Part shown: piece by piece, positions 53,352 to 64,000 of the stretch
Layout of the letters: each line of letters opens with the position of its first letter
Position numbering within the stretch: the first letter of the stretch is position 1
NCBI GenBank assembly: GCA_047495785.1
Contig: JBLDXI010000007.1
Span: forward strand, 1,240,001-1,304,000
Source of the DNA: Lepidodermella squamata
Taxonomy: Eukaryota > Animalia > Gastrotricha
Length of the DNA: 64,000 nucleotides
Direction of reading: 5' to 3'
Program-made: the position numbers and the translations under genes
Notes under the pieces: model-generated
Database searches by the model: none
Told to the model about the DNA's origin: nothing
What the model saw: only the letters and a program-made list of their open reading frames with translations

Positions 53352-54251
53352 ATGACGTCTTCTCAATCAGTGCTGGGCAATGGACCCCCAGCAGAACCGG
53401 CTCAGGTCTTAGTTGCCAATCCTATCTTGGAGACTCCACCGTTACTACGTAACCGGGACGCCAATGGCAATCCGCTGATTCAAGTCTGGAACCGATATTT
53501 CAGCCAAAATACCACGACTACAACGCAGGGTGTCGTAAACTCTGGGTACCAATCTGGAACCCTGCATAGCAACAACAGCTCAGCTAGAACAGCGCCGAGA
53601 TCTGTTCGGTTTCAACTCGATAATCAATCGAATAGTTCGAATGGCCGAGATCAGTCGGTGTTCAGCATCGTCGCAGCCCCGCCTCGACCACCACCTTACT
53701 ACCCAAGTTCAGACCAATTAACCGGGTCCTTATCGTCAATAAGCAACCCTAGCAATTCGAAATTGAGCTACTCTCACCCTCTATCTTCCCTACCCTACTA
53801 CGCAGATGGCGATAATGACGCTGAAATTCAGGAATTAGCTCATACCCTCGAATGTTTAAGGCCGACCTCTTTAGGGTTGTCCTTATCTTCGATTATTATG
53901 GGACTCCCGATATTGTCTTGCACCGCTCTTTACTACGCTTGCAAATCGCCGTCTCGAGGCGGTCGGCGGAAACACTATTGTCTATCAATTGTTCTCAGCA
54001 TTGTTGCTATGCTACTTGCCGTTACGCTGGTCGTCGGCATTGTGCTAGGCATGAGGTTGCCGAAGCAGAACACGTTTGTCGCCGGTTTCGGGCACAACAT
54101 TCGCTACACGGATGGGACTTTTACGTGCTTTTGTAAGAATCAGTACTTGGAAGACTGTGAATGCTCGAAGCGGCTTGGAAATGGCCGGTTTGAAAACTGG
54201 GACAAGTGCCACTGTAGCTACAACAGAGTTTGTGATTGCGAAGGTAAATGA
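53352..54251 (+). CDS. CD225/dispanin-like paralog with C-terminal CxC-rich domain
   Basis: PPPY motif; CLRPTSLGLSLSSIIMGLPILSCTALYYACK; TM segment; CFC..CEC..CHC..CDC. Confidence 0.75.
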   Translation: MTSSQSVLGNGPPAEPAQVLVANPILETPPLLRNRDANGNPLIQVWNRYFSQNTTTTTQGVVNSGYQSGTLHSNNSSARTAPRSVRFQLDNQSNSSNGRDQSVFSIVAAPPRPPPYYPSSDQLTGSLSSISNPSNSKLSYSHPLSSLPYYADGDNDAEIQELAHTLECLRPTSLGLSLSSIIMGLPILSCTALYYACKSPSRGGRRKHYCLSIVLSIVAMLLAVTLVVGIVLGMRLPKQNTFVAGFGHNIRYTDGTFTCFCKNQYLEDCECSKRLGNGRFENWDKCHCSYNRVCDCEGK

Positions 54252-55191
54252 TAATCCTATTTTTAGAAAATTTTAGAAAAATAAAATAAAAAATTGAAAT
54301 TTAAAATTAATTTTCAATTTAATTTCAATTTCAATTTTTTATTATATTTATGTTTTTCAATTTTTTCAATTTTCGATTTTTCAATTTTTCAAAATTCAAA
54401 ATTCAAAATAAATTAACTTGAAAAATAAATATAATTTCATTAAATTCACTTGATTTTTTTTCATCAAATCAGGTTGGACAGATTCGGTCTCGTTTTTCGT
54501 ATGATTTCGGCGATTCAGCCTCCAAATGCAACAAACATGCGCATGAAACTGCTTCAATTCTTCTCAAATTTGGTGCAAAAACTTGTTTTGTCCCCAGCGA
54601 TGGTTCGACCTTCGACCTTGGCTGCTGCGATGCGACAGAAAATAACTCTACCTTTGACAAATTAGTGCAGACTTTATTAGTCTCGATTGGCTGTATTAAT
54701 ATTCGCACCACCCTGGGACGCATATCGTTGTTATAACCTGATAGTTGATAGACACGGTGTGCGAGCACGCTTTCATTTTCTTTCACCGCTATCTTCATCA
54801 TCGTATTTACGCGGGCGAAAAACACGCAAGTATACATCAACCTACTTTGCATGACAACAGCAAAACGTGTTTTCGTCGTCTCGTGTATAGGGTAGAAATT
54901 CGCGCCTCAGTATGGGAAATTTCCGACGACTTATTGTGACTAGTATTTGTGTGGCGCTCAACGATTTCTTGTGTTTAGAATGCAGAGAAAGTACTAACTT
55001 TTATTTTTTTTGTATCGAAAGCGAGTGAAAATGGATGATTTAAAAATAAATTGAAAGGAATGTAATTTCATACTCTGTTCTAAGTTCAAGTTCAGTCTCC
55101 GTTTTAGAGACAAAATGCGATCGGAAAAACCCGATTATCTGGGCTTATTACTTAACATTATAAAGACTTCAGAAGAATATAATTTCAGACG

Positions 55192-55263
55192 AGCAGAGTG
55201 GCGCAGTGGAAGCGCGCTGGGCCCATAACCCAGAGGTCTGTAGATCGAAACTACGCTCTGCTA
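55192..55263 (+). tRNA. tRNA-iMet(CAU)
   Basis: 72 nt copy. Confidence 0.97.
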
Positions 55264-55382
55264 ACTGTCGCAATATTTTTAATCAGAATTTATGAAGAAA
55301 AGAGGAATATAACCAAATGACTTCAGTACCCTTTTATGGTCCGACTGCTGATTGGGGTCGATCGCTTGGACCTATGGCCACT

Positions 55383-55508
55383 AAACTTACCTGGCACTGG
55401 GATGAACCGAGCTCAGCAAGTCGGTCGCCCCAGGGCGAGGCGGGCCATTGCACTGTGGTCCGCTGACCCCTGCGCTCTGCCTCATCGGTGGAGTCGGGTG
55501 CAAAATAT
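55383..55508 (+). pseudogene. U1: 3'-truncated U1 snRNA
   Basis: Matches U1 up to CAAAATAT; rest of the Sm region and SL4 replaced by AAATTACG(T) repeats. Confidence 0.85.
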
Positions 55509-55879
55509 AAATTACGTAAAATTACGTAAAATTACGAAATAAATTACCTTACCTATTTCTCGAAAATATGCCGCCCTTCCTTGCCAGAAGAGTACTAATG
55601 TGAACCACCCGATTTTATTTTTCAGGTCTTATCCCAGACGGGAGAGTTTTACTCGTTGTACGGGGTTTCCGTTTCCATCAATTTTGCATTGAGGCAATTG
55701 GGCACATCAAAGTCTCGAAACAGCAAGGCTATCCAAATAAAACTTCCTGAAACAAAAATTCCTTCAGTTTTATACAAAAAGTTGGGTCCAATCTGACGCA
55801 AGTGGGCCCAAATCATAGACCAAATCAGGCAGAATTAGTTGTAATCGTCTCACTTGAAATCTATCTCGGTCTACGGATA

Positions 55880-56010
55880 TAAGCAGCAGCTATCCATGAA
55901 TTGAAAATGCCATCGATTGAGCTCGGTAACCCTGCGAAGTCGATAGCCGGATGGAATTTCTGATAAGGAGGGTTCTCTCGATATAGGCATAAAATCAGCT
56001 CTATGGCCAT
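55880..56010 (-). pseudogene. 5' relic of a GNAT-3-type gene
   Basis: Collinear with ~39230-39380 with deletions (SLSEIPSGYRLRRVTE). Confidence 0.8.
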
Positions 56011-56110
56011 TTTCTGGAATGAAAAATCTGACTTTAAGCTTTATCTCTAGACCGCTATCAGTTGATGAGAAAAAGCTTAATTTGACCACGAATCTCATTT
56101 TATTTGACTT

Positions 56111-56728
56111 TCAAAGACCTATAGCTCTTTCAATGTCATTCCAAGCAGCCTCGTGGCTAGTTAGTCGAATGAATTTACGAAAGCCAAGTCTGTAATAGGT
56201 TTTGAAGGCTGGAACTCGCCAATGTTTCGACTGAAGATAAGCGGCAGTTTTATCGGTCTCTTCAGCCATAAAATTCAAGACAGCAATTGTCACGAAATAG
56301 CCAAGCTTTTTGCCGGCATGACGTGGATGTGAGCACACCATATAAAGGTAGCCAGCGTGAAGGAATTGGGCAATCAGCCCTTTGAAGTCGTAAGTGTCCT
56401 TATCAGGGCTATAGGGGCATTCATCTGGTGAATTGAAAATCCTAGCACAGCCTGTTGCGACGATTTCGTTCGAAGCAATGTGTTCAATTACGAAGACTGC
56501 CTTGACTGTTTTGTCTTCGGTCAGGTACGATCGAGTTTTAGCTTCTGTGAATAAACCGCCAGAGTGGCAAACACCGAATGCAGATGTATAGAGCTGTGTG
56601 AGGGCGGAGATTTCGTCTACGGTGAATTCAGTCACCCTGCGAAGGCGATAACCATCTGGAATTAGGGACAGTGATGGCAAGCCGGTCAAGTTATCTCGAT
56701 ACATGCAAAGCATGAGGTCGCCAGACAT
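56111..56728 (-). CDS. GNAT N-acetyltransferase (GNAT-6)
   Basis: HAGYLYMVCSHPRHAGKKLG; LQSKHWRVPAFKTYYRLGF. Confidence 0.9.
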   Translation of the reverse strand: MSGDLMLCMYRDNLTGLPSLSLIPDGYRLRRVTEFTVDEISALTQLYTSAFGVCHSGGLFTEAKTRSYLTEDKTVKAVFVIEHIASNEIVATGCARIFNSPDECPYSPDKDTYDFKGLIAQFLHAGYLYMVCSHPRHAGKKLGYFVTIAVLNFMAEETDKTAAYLQSKHWRVPAFKTYYRLGFRKFIRLTSHEAAWNDIERAIGL

Positions 56729-56845
56729 TCTGAATATCTTTCTCGAGCCTGTCAAAAGAGCACTGAGAAGCTAAGAAGACCAAAGTGTGAATTAAGTATG
56801 ATAAGACTGATATAGATAAGGAATTTCCCTCAAAACACCGCGGAA

Positions 56846-56903
56846 GTGATGGCAGGCCGGTTAAATTATCACGATACATGCAAAGCATGAGGTCGTCAGA
56901 CAT
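56846..56903 (-). pseudogene. duplicated GNAT-6 5' end
   Basis: MSDDLMLCMYRDNLTGLPS inside a tandem duplication (56671-56843 / 56846-57025). Confidence 0.8.
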
Positions 56904-57023
56904 TTTGAATGTCTCTGTCATTGAGCGTGTAAAACGTCAATTTATGAAGCGAAGAAGTCCATACTATGAATTAAGAAGTACGATAAGACTGATTTAGATA
57001 ATGAATTTCCATCAAAACACCGC

Positions 57024-57105
57024 GGTAGCGTGGCCGAGTGGTCTAAGGCGCTAGATTTAGGCTCTAGTCTCTTCGGAGGCGTGGGTTCGAACCCCACCGC
57101 TGCCA
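57024..57105 (+). tRNA. tRNA-Leu(UAG)
   Basis: 82 nt copy. Confidence 0.97.
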
Positions 57106-57270
57106 TCATTTTGCTATCAGCCACGGTTGACACAGAAACTCCAAGCTAATTTCAGCAGGCAGTTTGGCAAATATTTGAAGTCATGCGTGACTCAGGGTAA
57201 TTAGAGGATACAAGTTTCTTTATGAAGTAGCCAACTATATCCAGTCAGCTGGTCACTTATATTTCAGCAA

Positions 57271-57352
57271 GTCGCTATGCCCGAGTGGTTAAGGGGTCTG
57301 ACTAGAAATCAGATGCGGTCTCCGCGCGTAGGTTCAAATCCTACTGGCGACG
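57271..57352 (+). tRNA. tRNA-Ser(AGA)
   Basis: Same sequence as the 36708 copy. Confidence 0.95.
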
Positions 57353-57628
57353 AACATTTTTTCAAATTTATCTTCGTTCGAAAAGCTAATTTCGAATTTG
57401 AAGTTCGATAAAAAATGGAAAGGCATGGCGAAAAATCTAATGACTCGGAGCTAAGAAGATCACGTCGCATTCAAAATTTAAGATATTTTTGTTCATTTTC
57501 TTCGTTACTAGGGTTGGTCCTTCAAAAAGAGGCATCCAAGAATAATATGAAACATTTATTGTTGTTGTTATACTTCAACACTTGAAAACAATTCAACAGT
57601 GAGTTCATTACGAAAAATAATTAAAAAT

Positions 57629-60064
57629 TTAAGCCGAAACTCTCGAAACAAGTCCCTTAGCCGATGAATAGCTAGTTATCAGGCTCAGCGCCAGTGAATA
57701 AATCAAAGCTGCAACTGCAATGATAACTTGTCTGAGCACTCCCGGGCCCACGATGAAAACAGCGCCGAACGCACATCCGAAGAGCGTAGCCGCAAAAACG
57801 ATCGCAACTTCAAAGTACTGCAGCTGCTGAACCGCCCTAGCTCGCTTGTTGTAGCGCAAATTCAACGCACATACAATGCCTAAGATCAACGGAAGAGCAT
57901 TGAAGCCGAACAAAGCAGCCGCCCAGAATTCGCCTTCATTGCCATTCGACGTCCCGCTCTTGCAGACTGTGACAATGTAAGTCGAGTAAGTGTCATTCGC
58001 TTCGTCATATATCGTGTCTCCAATGAGTACTTGAACAGCTCTTAGAGGGTCAAATATCAACCAAACCACTATCACGCACAGATTCACCGCCAGGAAACAA
58101 GCGGAGGGTAGAAGGACCTCACGATTGTTTGTTTGAATGACTTTGCGAGGGAGAGGCAGACTACGCGCACTATTAACAGACGAATGCCTCACAAGAGACT
58201 TCGCAGATACAACTGATACAGCACCAACCGATACTACCTTAGCTTGCTGGAGCGATCTTTGAGTTGATCTTTGTTGAACAGAATTCCTACTTGGAGCGGT
58301 TGTCATTGGTTGAGTGGAAAGATTCCAATGAACTCGGAAAAGGACCATGCTCATGCATCCATGGAGTAGAGATATCCCGAAAACAAGCATTGCAGCTCTA
58401 GTGGCGCAAGATCCATCACGAGAGGCAAGGTTATTCGGAACGACGAAAGCAACAGCCGTTCCGTTCAAAACCAAGGCTGATAGTAGAATCGCTAGACTGA
58501 CGAATGCGATCGGCTTGTCAGGGTGATTGATTTCGTTGCGAAGGATCTTGAAAATGATCGAAACCTGAAGAATCGTGATGAAGAAAGCTAGTCCTGCTAT
58601 CACGCCAAAGGTTGCCCAAGGTACATCGATGTAATACGTAACATTCCTACCATTATCCCTCGGAAAATTCCACTTATATTTCTCATCAATGTAATCGATT
58701 TTGTAGGAATCAACACGGTCTGCAGATGCATTATCTCGGCAGGAAATTGTGCCAAGGAGTTGGAAAGAAGTTTCTGGAGACCATCGAGCGATTAGTTGTG
58801 GCTCCATGTCGAATTCGAGCCGCTTGGAGTAGCGGAAACGACCATGTCGAAGATTCCAAAAGTCGATATCAGCCGCACTTTTATTCGTTGCCATCATCAC
58901 CTCACGAGGGAACTGTCGATAGTCTCGCAGAGAAAGATTTTGCTTCGCCAGCAATTTCTCCGCTCCATCGAGAATCAAAGCTCCCTGTAGAGCTCTGTCG
59001 TAGCAAACATGGCGATAGTCGTAGTCAGGGGATCGGGCGCCATTTGTGTATTTGTCAAACAGAACTTCAAACTCTCGAACAGTGTGGCCTAGAGTTGTTC
59101 GGTCGTTGCTGTTTTCACGTCCTGTGGCTTCATTCGTTAGTCCAATATACAACGCTCGTCTGTATTGATCGTAAATCATTTCTCTAGTGCATCCAGGCGG
59201 CAATGCTGCGGTTGCTACTGAATCTGGGTGGACGTAGGTACCGAATTGGAACAGAAAGAAGTACTTAGGACCCCTGATTCCAGCTCTGTAGGCTTGGCAA
59301 AGGAATCTGAGCCCTGAGCCTCCTTCGGCAGCTTCGTGGGTGAAAATTCTGACGTCCAGCTTTTTTATTTGAGCCATAACTTCGTCGTTGAAATCAGGAC
59401 TGGCCTCGAACGAAACAACTTCAAAACCTTCATTCGTTGCAATTCTGTGGAATATCAGGGCAGTGTCGTAGTTGTGAGGATTGCCATTGAGATTCATCGT
59501 CACCGCGATTCGTCGCCACGGAGTCATTTTCTTGATGAATAGCAACCTGGCGTACAGTGACAACTCGGCGGAGCATCTTGGTCTGTAAACGTTAGGATAC
59601 AACGATCGACGCGCTGCCAGAGCCGGGGCAGTGCATGAAGCAACAAGGGTGACCATGTTGAAGTGATGCGGCAACACACCCCAGCTTTTGCACCCACCAG
59701 CGAACAGTGGACCCATATTCAAGGGAGCTGGGAGCAAAGTTGGGTCACGATTCTCTTCCATCCTTCGAATATATTCGACGGCGACTTTAGGGACAAAGTT
59801 CCCGCTAGGACCTTCGTTGACATAATCCAGCTCGAGTCTGTAGTCGGGCAGCAGGTCCGTTCTGTTGTTGATGATTTCGATTGTCATCTCTTGAGCGGCC
59901 TTGCATAGCATATTGTCCCGGGGCTCGAAGCCTGTGAAAGCGTTTATGGAAAGTACTGACAAGCGGTACGGCTTCAAGAATTGCTGAGCTGACGAAGTTA
60001 CCATGAGGATAAGCAATATAGCGACCAGCATCTCGATTCGAAGAACGCCAAACATCGATGTCAT
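57629..60064 (-). CDS. class C GPCR, GABA-B receptor-like (Venus flytrap + 7TM), intronless
   Basis: Signal peptide; INNRTDLLPDYRLEL, LAARRSLYPNVYR, LDVRIF, LCQAYRAGIRGPKYFFL; no Cys-rich domain; TM4 VWLIFDPL with ECL2 Cys. Confidence 0.85.
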   Translation of the reverse strand: MTSMFGVLRIEMLVAILLILMVTSSAQQFLKPYRLSVLSINAFTGFEPRDNMLCKAAQEMTIEIINNRTDLLPDYRLELDYVNEGPSGNFVPKVAVEYIRRMEENRDPTLLPAPLNMGPLFAGGCKSWGVLPHHFNMVTLVASCTAPALAARRSLYPNVYRPRCSAELSLYARLLFIKKMTPWRRIAVTMNLNGNPHNYDTALIFHRIATNEGFEVVSFEASPDFNDEVMAQIKKLDVRIFTHEAAEGGSGLRFLCQAYRAGIRGPKYFFLFQFGTYVHPDSVATAALPPGCTREMIYDQYRRALYIGLTNEATGRENSNDRTTLGHTVREFEVLFDKYTNGARSPDYDYRHVCYDRALQGALILDGAEKLLAKQNLSLRDYRQFPREVMMATNKSAADIDFWNLRHGRFRYSKRLEFDMEPQLIARWSPETSFQLLGTISCRDNASADRVDSYKIDYIDEKYKWNFPRDNGRNVTYYIDVPWATFGVIAGLAFFITILQVSIIFKILRNEINHPDKPIAFVSLAILLSALVLNGTAVAFVVPNNLASRDGSCATRAAMLVFGISLLHGCMSMVLFRVHWNLSTQPMTTAPSRNSVQQRSTQRSLQQAKVVSVGAVSVVSAKSLVRHSSVNSARSLPLPRKVIQTNNREVLLPSACFLAVNLCVIVVWLIFDPLRAVQVLIGDTIYDEANDTYSTYIVTVCKSGTSNGNEGEFWAAALFGFNALPLILGIVCALNLRYNKRARAVQQLQYFEVAIVFAATLFGCAFGAVFIVGPGVLRQVIIAVAALIYSLALSLITSYSSAKGLVSRVSA

Positions 60065-61669
60065 TTTCAAAATAGGATTCTATGAAATGTACACGGGAAA
60101 ATCAAAACATTGAATTTTAGAGACATTTTCGGAAATCAGCGTCTCATCCGGAGAATGAGAGTCTAGTGTGCCTTACATTAGATGTCGTGTTTGCGTAGTA
60201 TACAGTGATGCCCTGCATCGGACATGCATACTGCATATTTTGGTATTTAACCTTAAAAACCCATTTTCAACTTTGCGTTATTTGGGAAAGGTGACTATAG
60301 TTGAAAGCTTATGGATAATACAACTTAAGCTTTCAACGATGCCCCGTTCAAAGTTGAAGGTGGATGGACACAGAAATGCGTTGCTGCACCATAAGGTAGC
60401 GAGCATTAACTCTTTTCATTCGCGCCATTTCACAGCCTCATTCTTTTCCCTTAGGCTGAAATAGCGCGAATGAAAGGTTGTTGGAAGTTGGGTTTCAAAA
60501 GCGCATCAATCATCGTAGAAACAAAATAGTTTTTTGTGTCTTAGATTAAGTACCTACCACTCACTGGCCAATGGGAGTTGGAGTAGGTCCAATAGTTAGG
60601 AAACAGAGCTTTTTAAACTTGGATTAAGAAACTTGATTGCTATTTGATTGATAATCGAAGTTTGCACGCTTTATATACCGCTGCTAATACGTCATTAAAA
60701 AGCCTGCTGGTTCGCTACGTGACAATTGCAAAATCAGCGCGCCTCGACGGCGGCATTGACGCAGAACGTTTGACGTATATATGGTTACTTCACAGACCTT
60801 GTGATAATTTCTCCTGCATTTTCTGGTCTATTCAGTGCAGGATTTACTATCTATTTTTGCTAATTGCCACGATTACCAGAAATAGAAACACGTCCGGTTG
60901 TTAAGCAAAATGGGAGAACGTAACACGTGTGCAGCCAATGTTTTGGCTCGGGCAAACATTTTCGGTTCGTTCAGTTTGAAACATGATATCGATGGTTCTA
61001 AAGAGCAACCATTGAGCTTTCTCCAGAACTTTCGCCGAAAATTCAGACGCATTCGATGTGGGAACCGATGAGCCCAGGGTGTAGTATTAATATTAGGTGC
61101 TTACACGAGAAATGCGCACTTACATTGACATGGGCTCAGTTAAAAATGAGTCCTCGAAATAAAGGAATAGAACTTAACATTCTACTATGAGACGATGACT
61201 CATGAAGGCGCAACAAGGCTTTCTTATCTGAGCTTGAGCCAATAGGTAATAGGGATCAATTATAGTTTCGCTGAATCAACAGTTGTATCTTTGGAAATTA
61301 GTCATTCAAAATTCAAATGTGTTCTCGGGGATAATCAGGAAACAATTTACTGCACTGGAACGCTACCCTCATCCTTTTAAGTCTTGCACCGCCAATGCTC
61401 ACGCCTATTACAGATTGTATGTATACCTATGCCTTAGCTTTACAGACTGCCTGCGCAGTCCATTTCAGCTTCCATTCAGTTTTGGGCTGGCATCGGCACA
61501 AAAAGGGACGGATATTGACGCTTAGAAGACTAAGTGGTACGGAATAAAGCGTGTCGCCGGCCTTTTATGTCGAATCATAAATCAGAAGAATTAAGCAATC
61601 TTGGATGGCTCAGAATGCAGAAACACTTTTCCTGCACAAATGACCGCATGAGGTTCCGACGATCGAGAA

Positions 61670-63830
61670 ATTAAGGAATTCTTCCCGGTGTTGAGGGCAG
61701 AACCGAGAATTCTGCCCGCTGAAAATGCCCGAGGGCGTAGCGGAGCGCAGCGAAGCGAAGCCCGAGGGTATTTTCAAGGGCTGAATTCGAGGTTTTGCCC
61801 GAGACACAAGGGAAGAGTTCCTGTTCCTTCCCAGTTGGTTATTTTTGTTAATCCGACACTCGGACGAGTGAAAATGGGGAATGGTGTATAGTGCGTATGA
61901 AAGATGACCGTTGTTAATAACGAAAATAAGAAATCCAGCTTAAAATGTGTAGCAAATTTTTTTTTTGAATTTTTTTTGTTCGTTGTTCATTTCCTTGTTT
62001 TATTATCAATTGAATATTGCGAATTTCCGTCGAATTTTCAATGGAGATCACTTTTGATATTGGCGACCTGGGCCTCGGTGCTCTCGCTGACGGCTCCGTG
62101 GAAGTGAAAGAGCGCGAAGAATCCGATCCAATTCGACTTCTCGAACGAGAACTTGATGCTGATATCGAAGAAGAAGAATCCGATGAAGAGGGTGATACGT
62201 CGGAGTTCATTCAAGAAGTCGAAAATTTCGTGGCTGGTTTTGAAGCAAACGGCACAGCTCAGAAAACCAAGCAGCACTGGAGCCGATTTGTCGCATTTGT
62301 CGAGCAGCGATTCCACATTTCGGAGCAACTATTAGTTGAACTTACGGTCAAGGATATGGATCTCTATGTCGCTCTTTTTCTCAAGCAGTTGACGAAGACT
62401 GATGGTAGCGCGATGGAGCCGACGACGATTCGAGGCATTTATTCCTCCATCATTCGCCATCTCCGCGATGTGACGAAGAACGAAATCAACTTCACCATGG
62501 CGAGAGTCGATTTCTTCTATAGCATGAAAATGCTGAAATCCAAGTTTGTCGAATCTAAGCGTGCTGGAAAGGGAAATAAAGCCCGAGCATCTGAATGCCT
62601 AGAACGAGAAGATATTGATAAAATGCGTGAGGCGAAAACGCTGATTGATGACACGCCAATCGGTTTGATCACGATGCTGTGGCTGGTTTTCACCGTGTAT
62701 TTCGGTCTTCGTGGCCGTGATGAACATCTACAAATGAAGTAGGTTGTTGGATTGCCATTGAAAAATTGTTAAATTGGCCGTTTTCAGGTTTGGTGATGTC
62801 CAGCTAAAAACCGAATCTGGAGGTCGCAGGTATCTCGAATTCAACGAGCGACAGACTAAAACCAGGAATGGCGAATCAACCCACTCAAAACTGGCACCAC
62901 GAGCATACGAGAACGGTGGCTTTTTCTGCCCGGTTCGATTGTTCCTTATTTTTTGTGCAAAACGACCGGGAAAGTTTTCGCGCCCGAGTGACCCAATGTA
63001 TGTTGGTTGCCTGACCCGATTTCGACCCGACGGCCTCTTCTACAAATGCCAAAATTTGGGCAAGAACCCCCTTGGATCGCTCCTCAAGGACGCCGCTGTC
63101 GGTGCTGGTATTACCAAACGAATCACGAACCACTCGGCTCGAAAGTTTCTCGTCTCAACCCTCTCTGAACTCGGTGTCGATTCTCGAAAGATCATCCAGA
63201 TTACTGGTCATGCATCGGTCGATTCTCTGAACAGTTACCACAAACTCAACACCTCTGAACGACGAAGTATCAGCGACAAACTGGCTGTCGGTTTCGGTGA
63301 TGGACAATCAGCTGCAGTTTCGGGTGTGTCTGCACAAGAGATCAAGCCAACCGAAGGATTGGTGGTGGCCGAGTCGCATTTCTCGCAAACGCTGCTGCTT
63401 CGAAACGTCGAAAATGACCCGCGCGATGAGCCACCCGTAAAGCAAGCTAAACCCATGCCGATCTTCAATTTCTCGAATTGCTCCGTCGTTATTAACAATT
63501 AATCCGGCCCAAACACTTGTTTTAAAGTTTAAACATTCTAATAAAGGTTATTCACTTGTTCACTCGTTTGGTCAGAGTCTGAAGGTTGTAGTAAAGGGAC
63601 TGGGAACGGAAATTGAAGTTGTGCAACATTATTTCAGGTGAGAGGTTTTCCCGAATTTTCGAGAGCATCAATTGATTTTCGAAAATAAAAAATCCACCCT
63701 AATCGTTTGAGCGGGCAGGAACAGCGGGCAGAAACATCGGGCAGAATCACTTTTTCCGTCTAGGCAAAAAATAACCAACTGGGCAGGAACACTACTTCTG
63801 AATCGTATTTTAGCCTCAATCATAGGAGAA
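61670..63830 (+). mobile_element. Crypton-type tyrosine-recombinase DNA transposon (ends approximate)
   Basis: Imperfect palindrome ~61680-61817 centred on CCCGAGGGCGTAGC...GAAGCCCGAGGG; subterminal inverted repeat AAAAATAACCAACTGGG(A/C)AGGAACA at 61822-61846 and 63767-63791; YR gene inside. Confidence 0.75.
62041..63502 (+). CDS. Crypton tyrosine recombinase (DUF3504/KIAA1958-like)
   Basis: Intron 62739-62787 joins the two ORFs in frame; FGLRGRDEH, ERQTKTRNG, ITNHSARK, ITGH, LNSYH. Confidence 0.88.
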
Positions 63831-64000
63831 ACACTTTTCCTATATCGTTGACTCATGCCCGCATTGTTATAACAATGAAAAAAAGCCATAACCGTATTAG
63901 GCAATTCAAAGGTTATTTCCAACTGAACTGCTGTCCTAACGCTTTTTGCTGTTAATTAAGCCAATTTCTTGTATTTTTAATACGATTTTACGCTCTCAAA

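Overview
Gene-dense eukaryotic DNA from a compact invertebrate-type genome (GT-AG introns mostly ~50 bp); the lineage cannot be fixed from sequence alone. Left third: four Cys-loop (pLGIC) subunit genes, each with an extra N-terminal L-type/ConA-like lectin-type domain and a Ser/Thr/Pro stalk, one interrupted by a hAT-type MITE. Among them lie ankyrin, RING/B-box, metallothionein-like and two SOCS-box genes. 25.7-57.4 kb: a repeatedly duplicated module of tRNA-Leu(UAG), initiator tRNA-Met and a divergent U1 snRNA (7 Leu, 6 iMet, 5 U1 including one truncated, plus 2 tRNA-Ser). It is interleaved, often head-to-head, with six uninterrupted bacterial-like GNAT acetyltransferase ORFs and four GNAT relics. 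Also in this region: a degenerate MTAP-like gene, a NEK-like kinase, a fifth pLGIC, a secreted EGF/C-type lectin gene and two dispanin-like genes. Right end: an intronless GABA-B-like class C GPCR and an apparently intact Crypton tyrosine-recombinase element. The two best candidates for undescribed biology are the lectin-stalk-pLGIC fusions and the GNAT/tRNA/U1 co-amplified cassette. Exon structures were spliced by eye and family calls are from motif recognition, not database searches.
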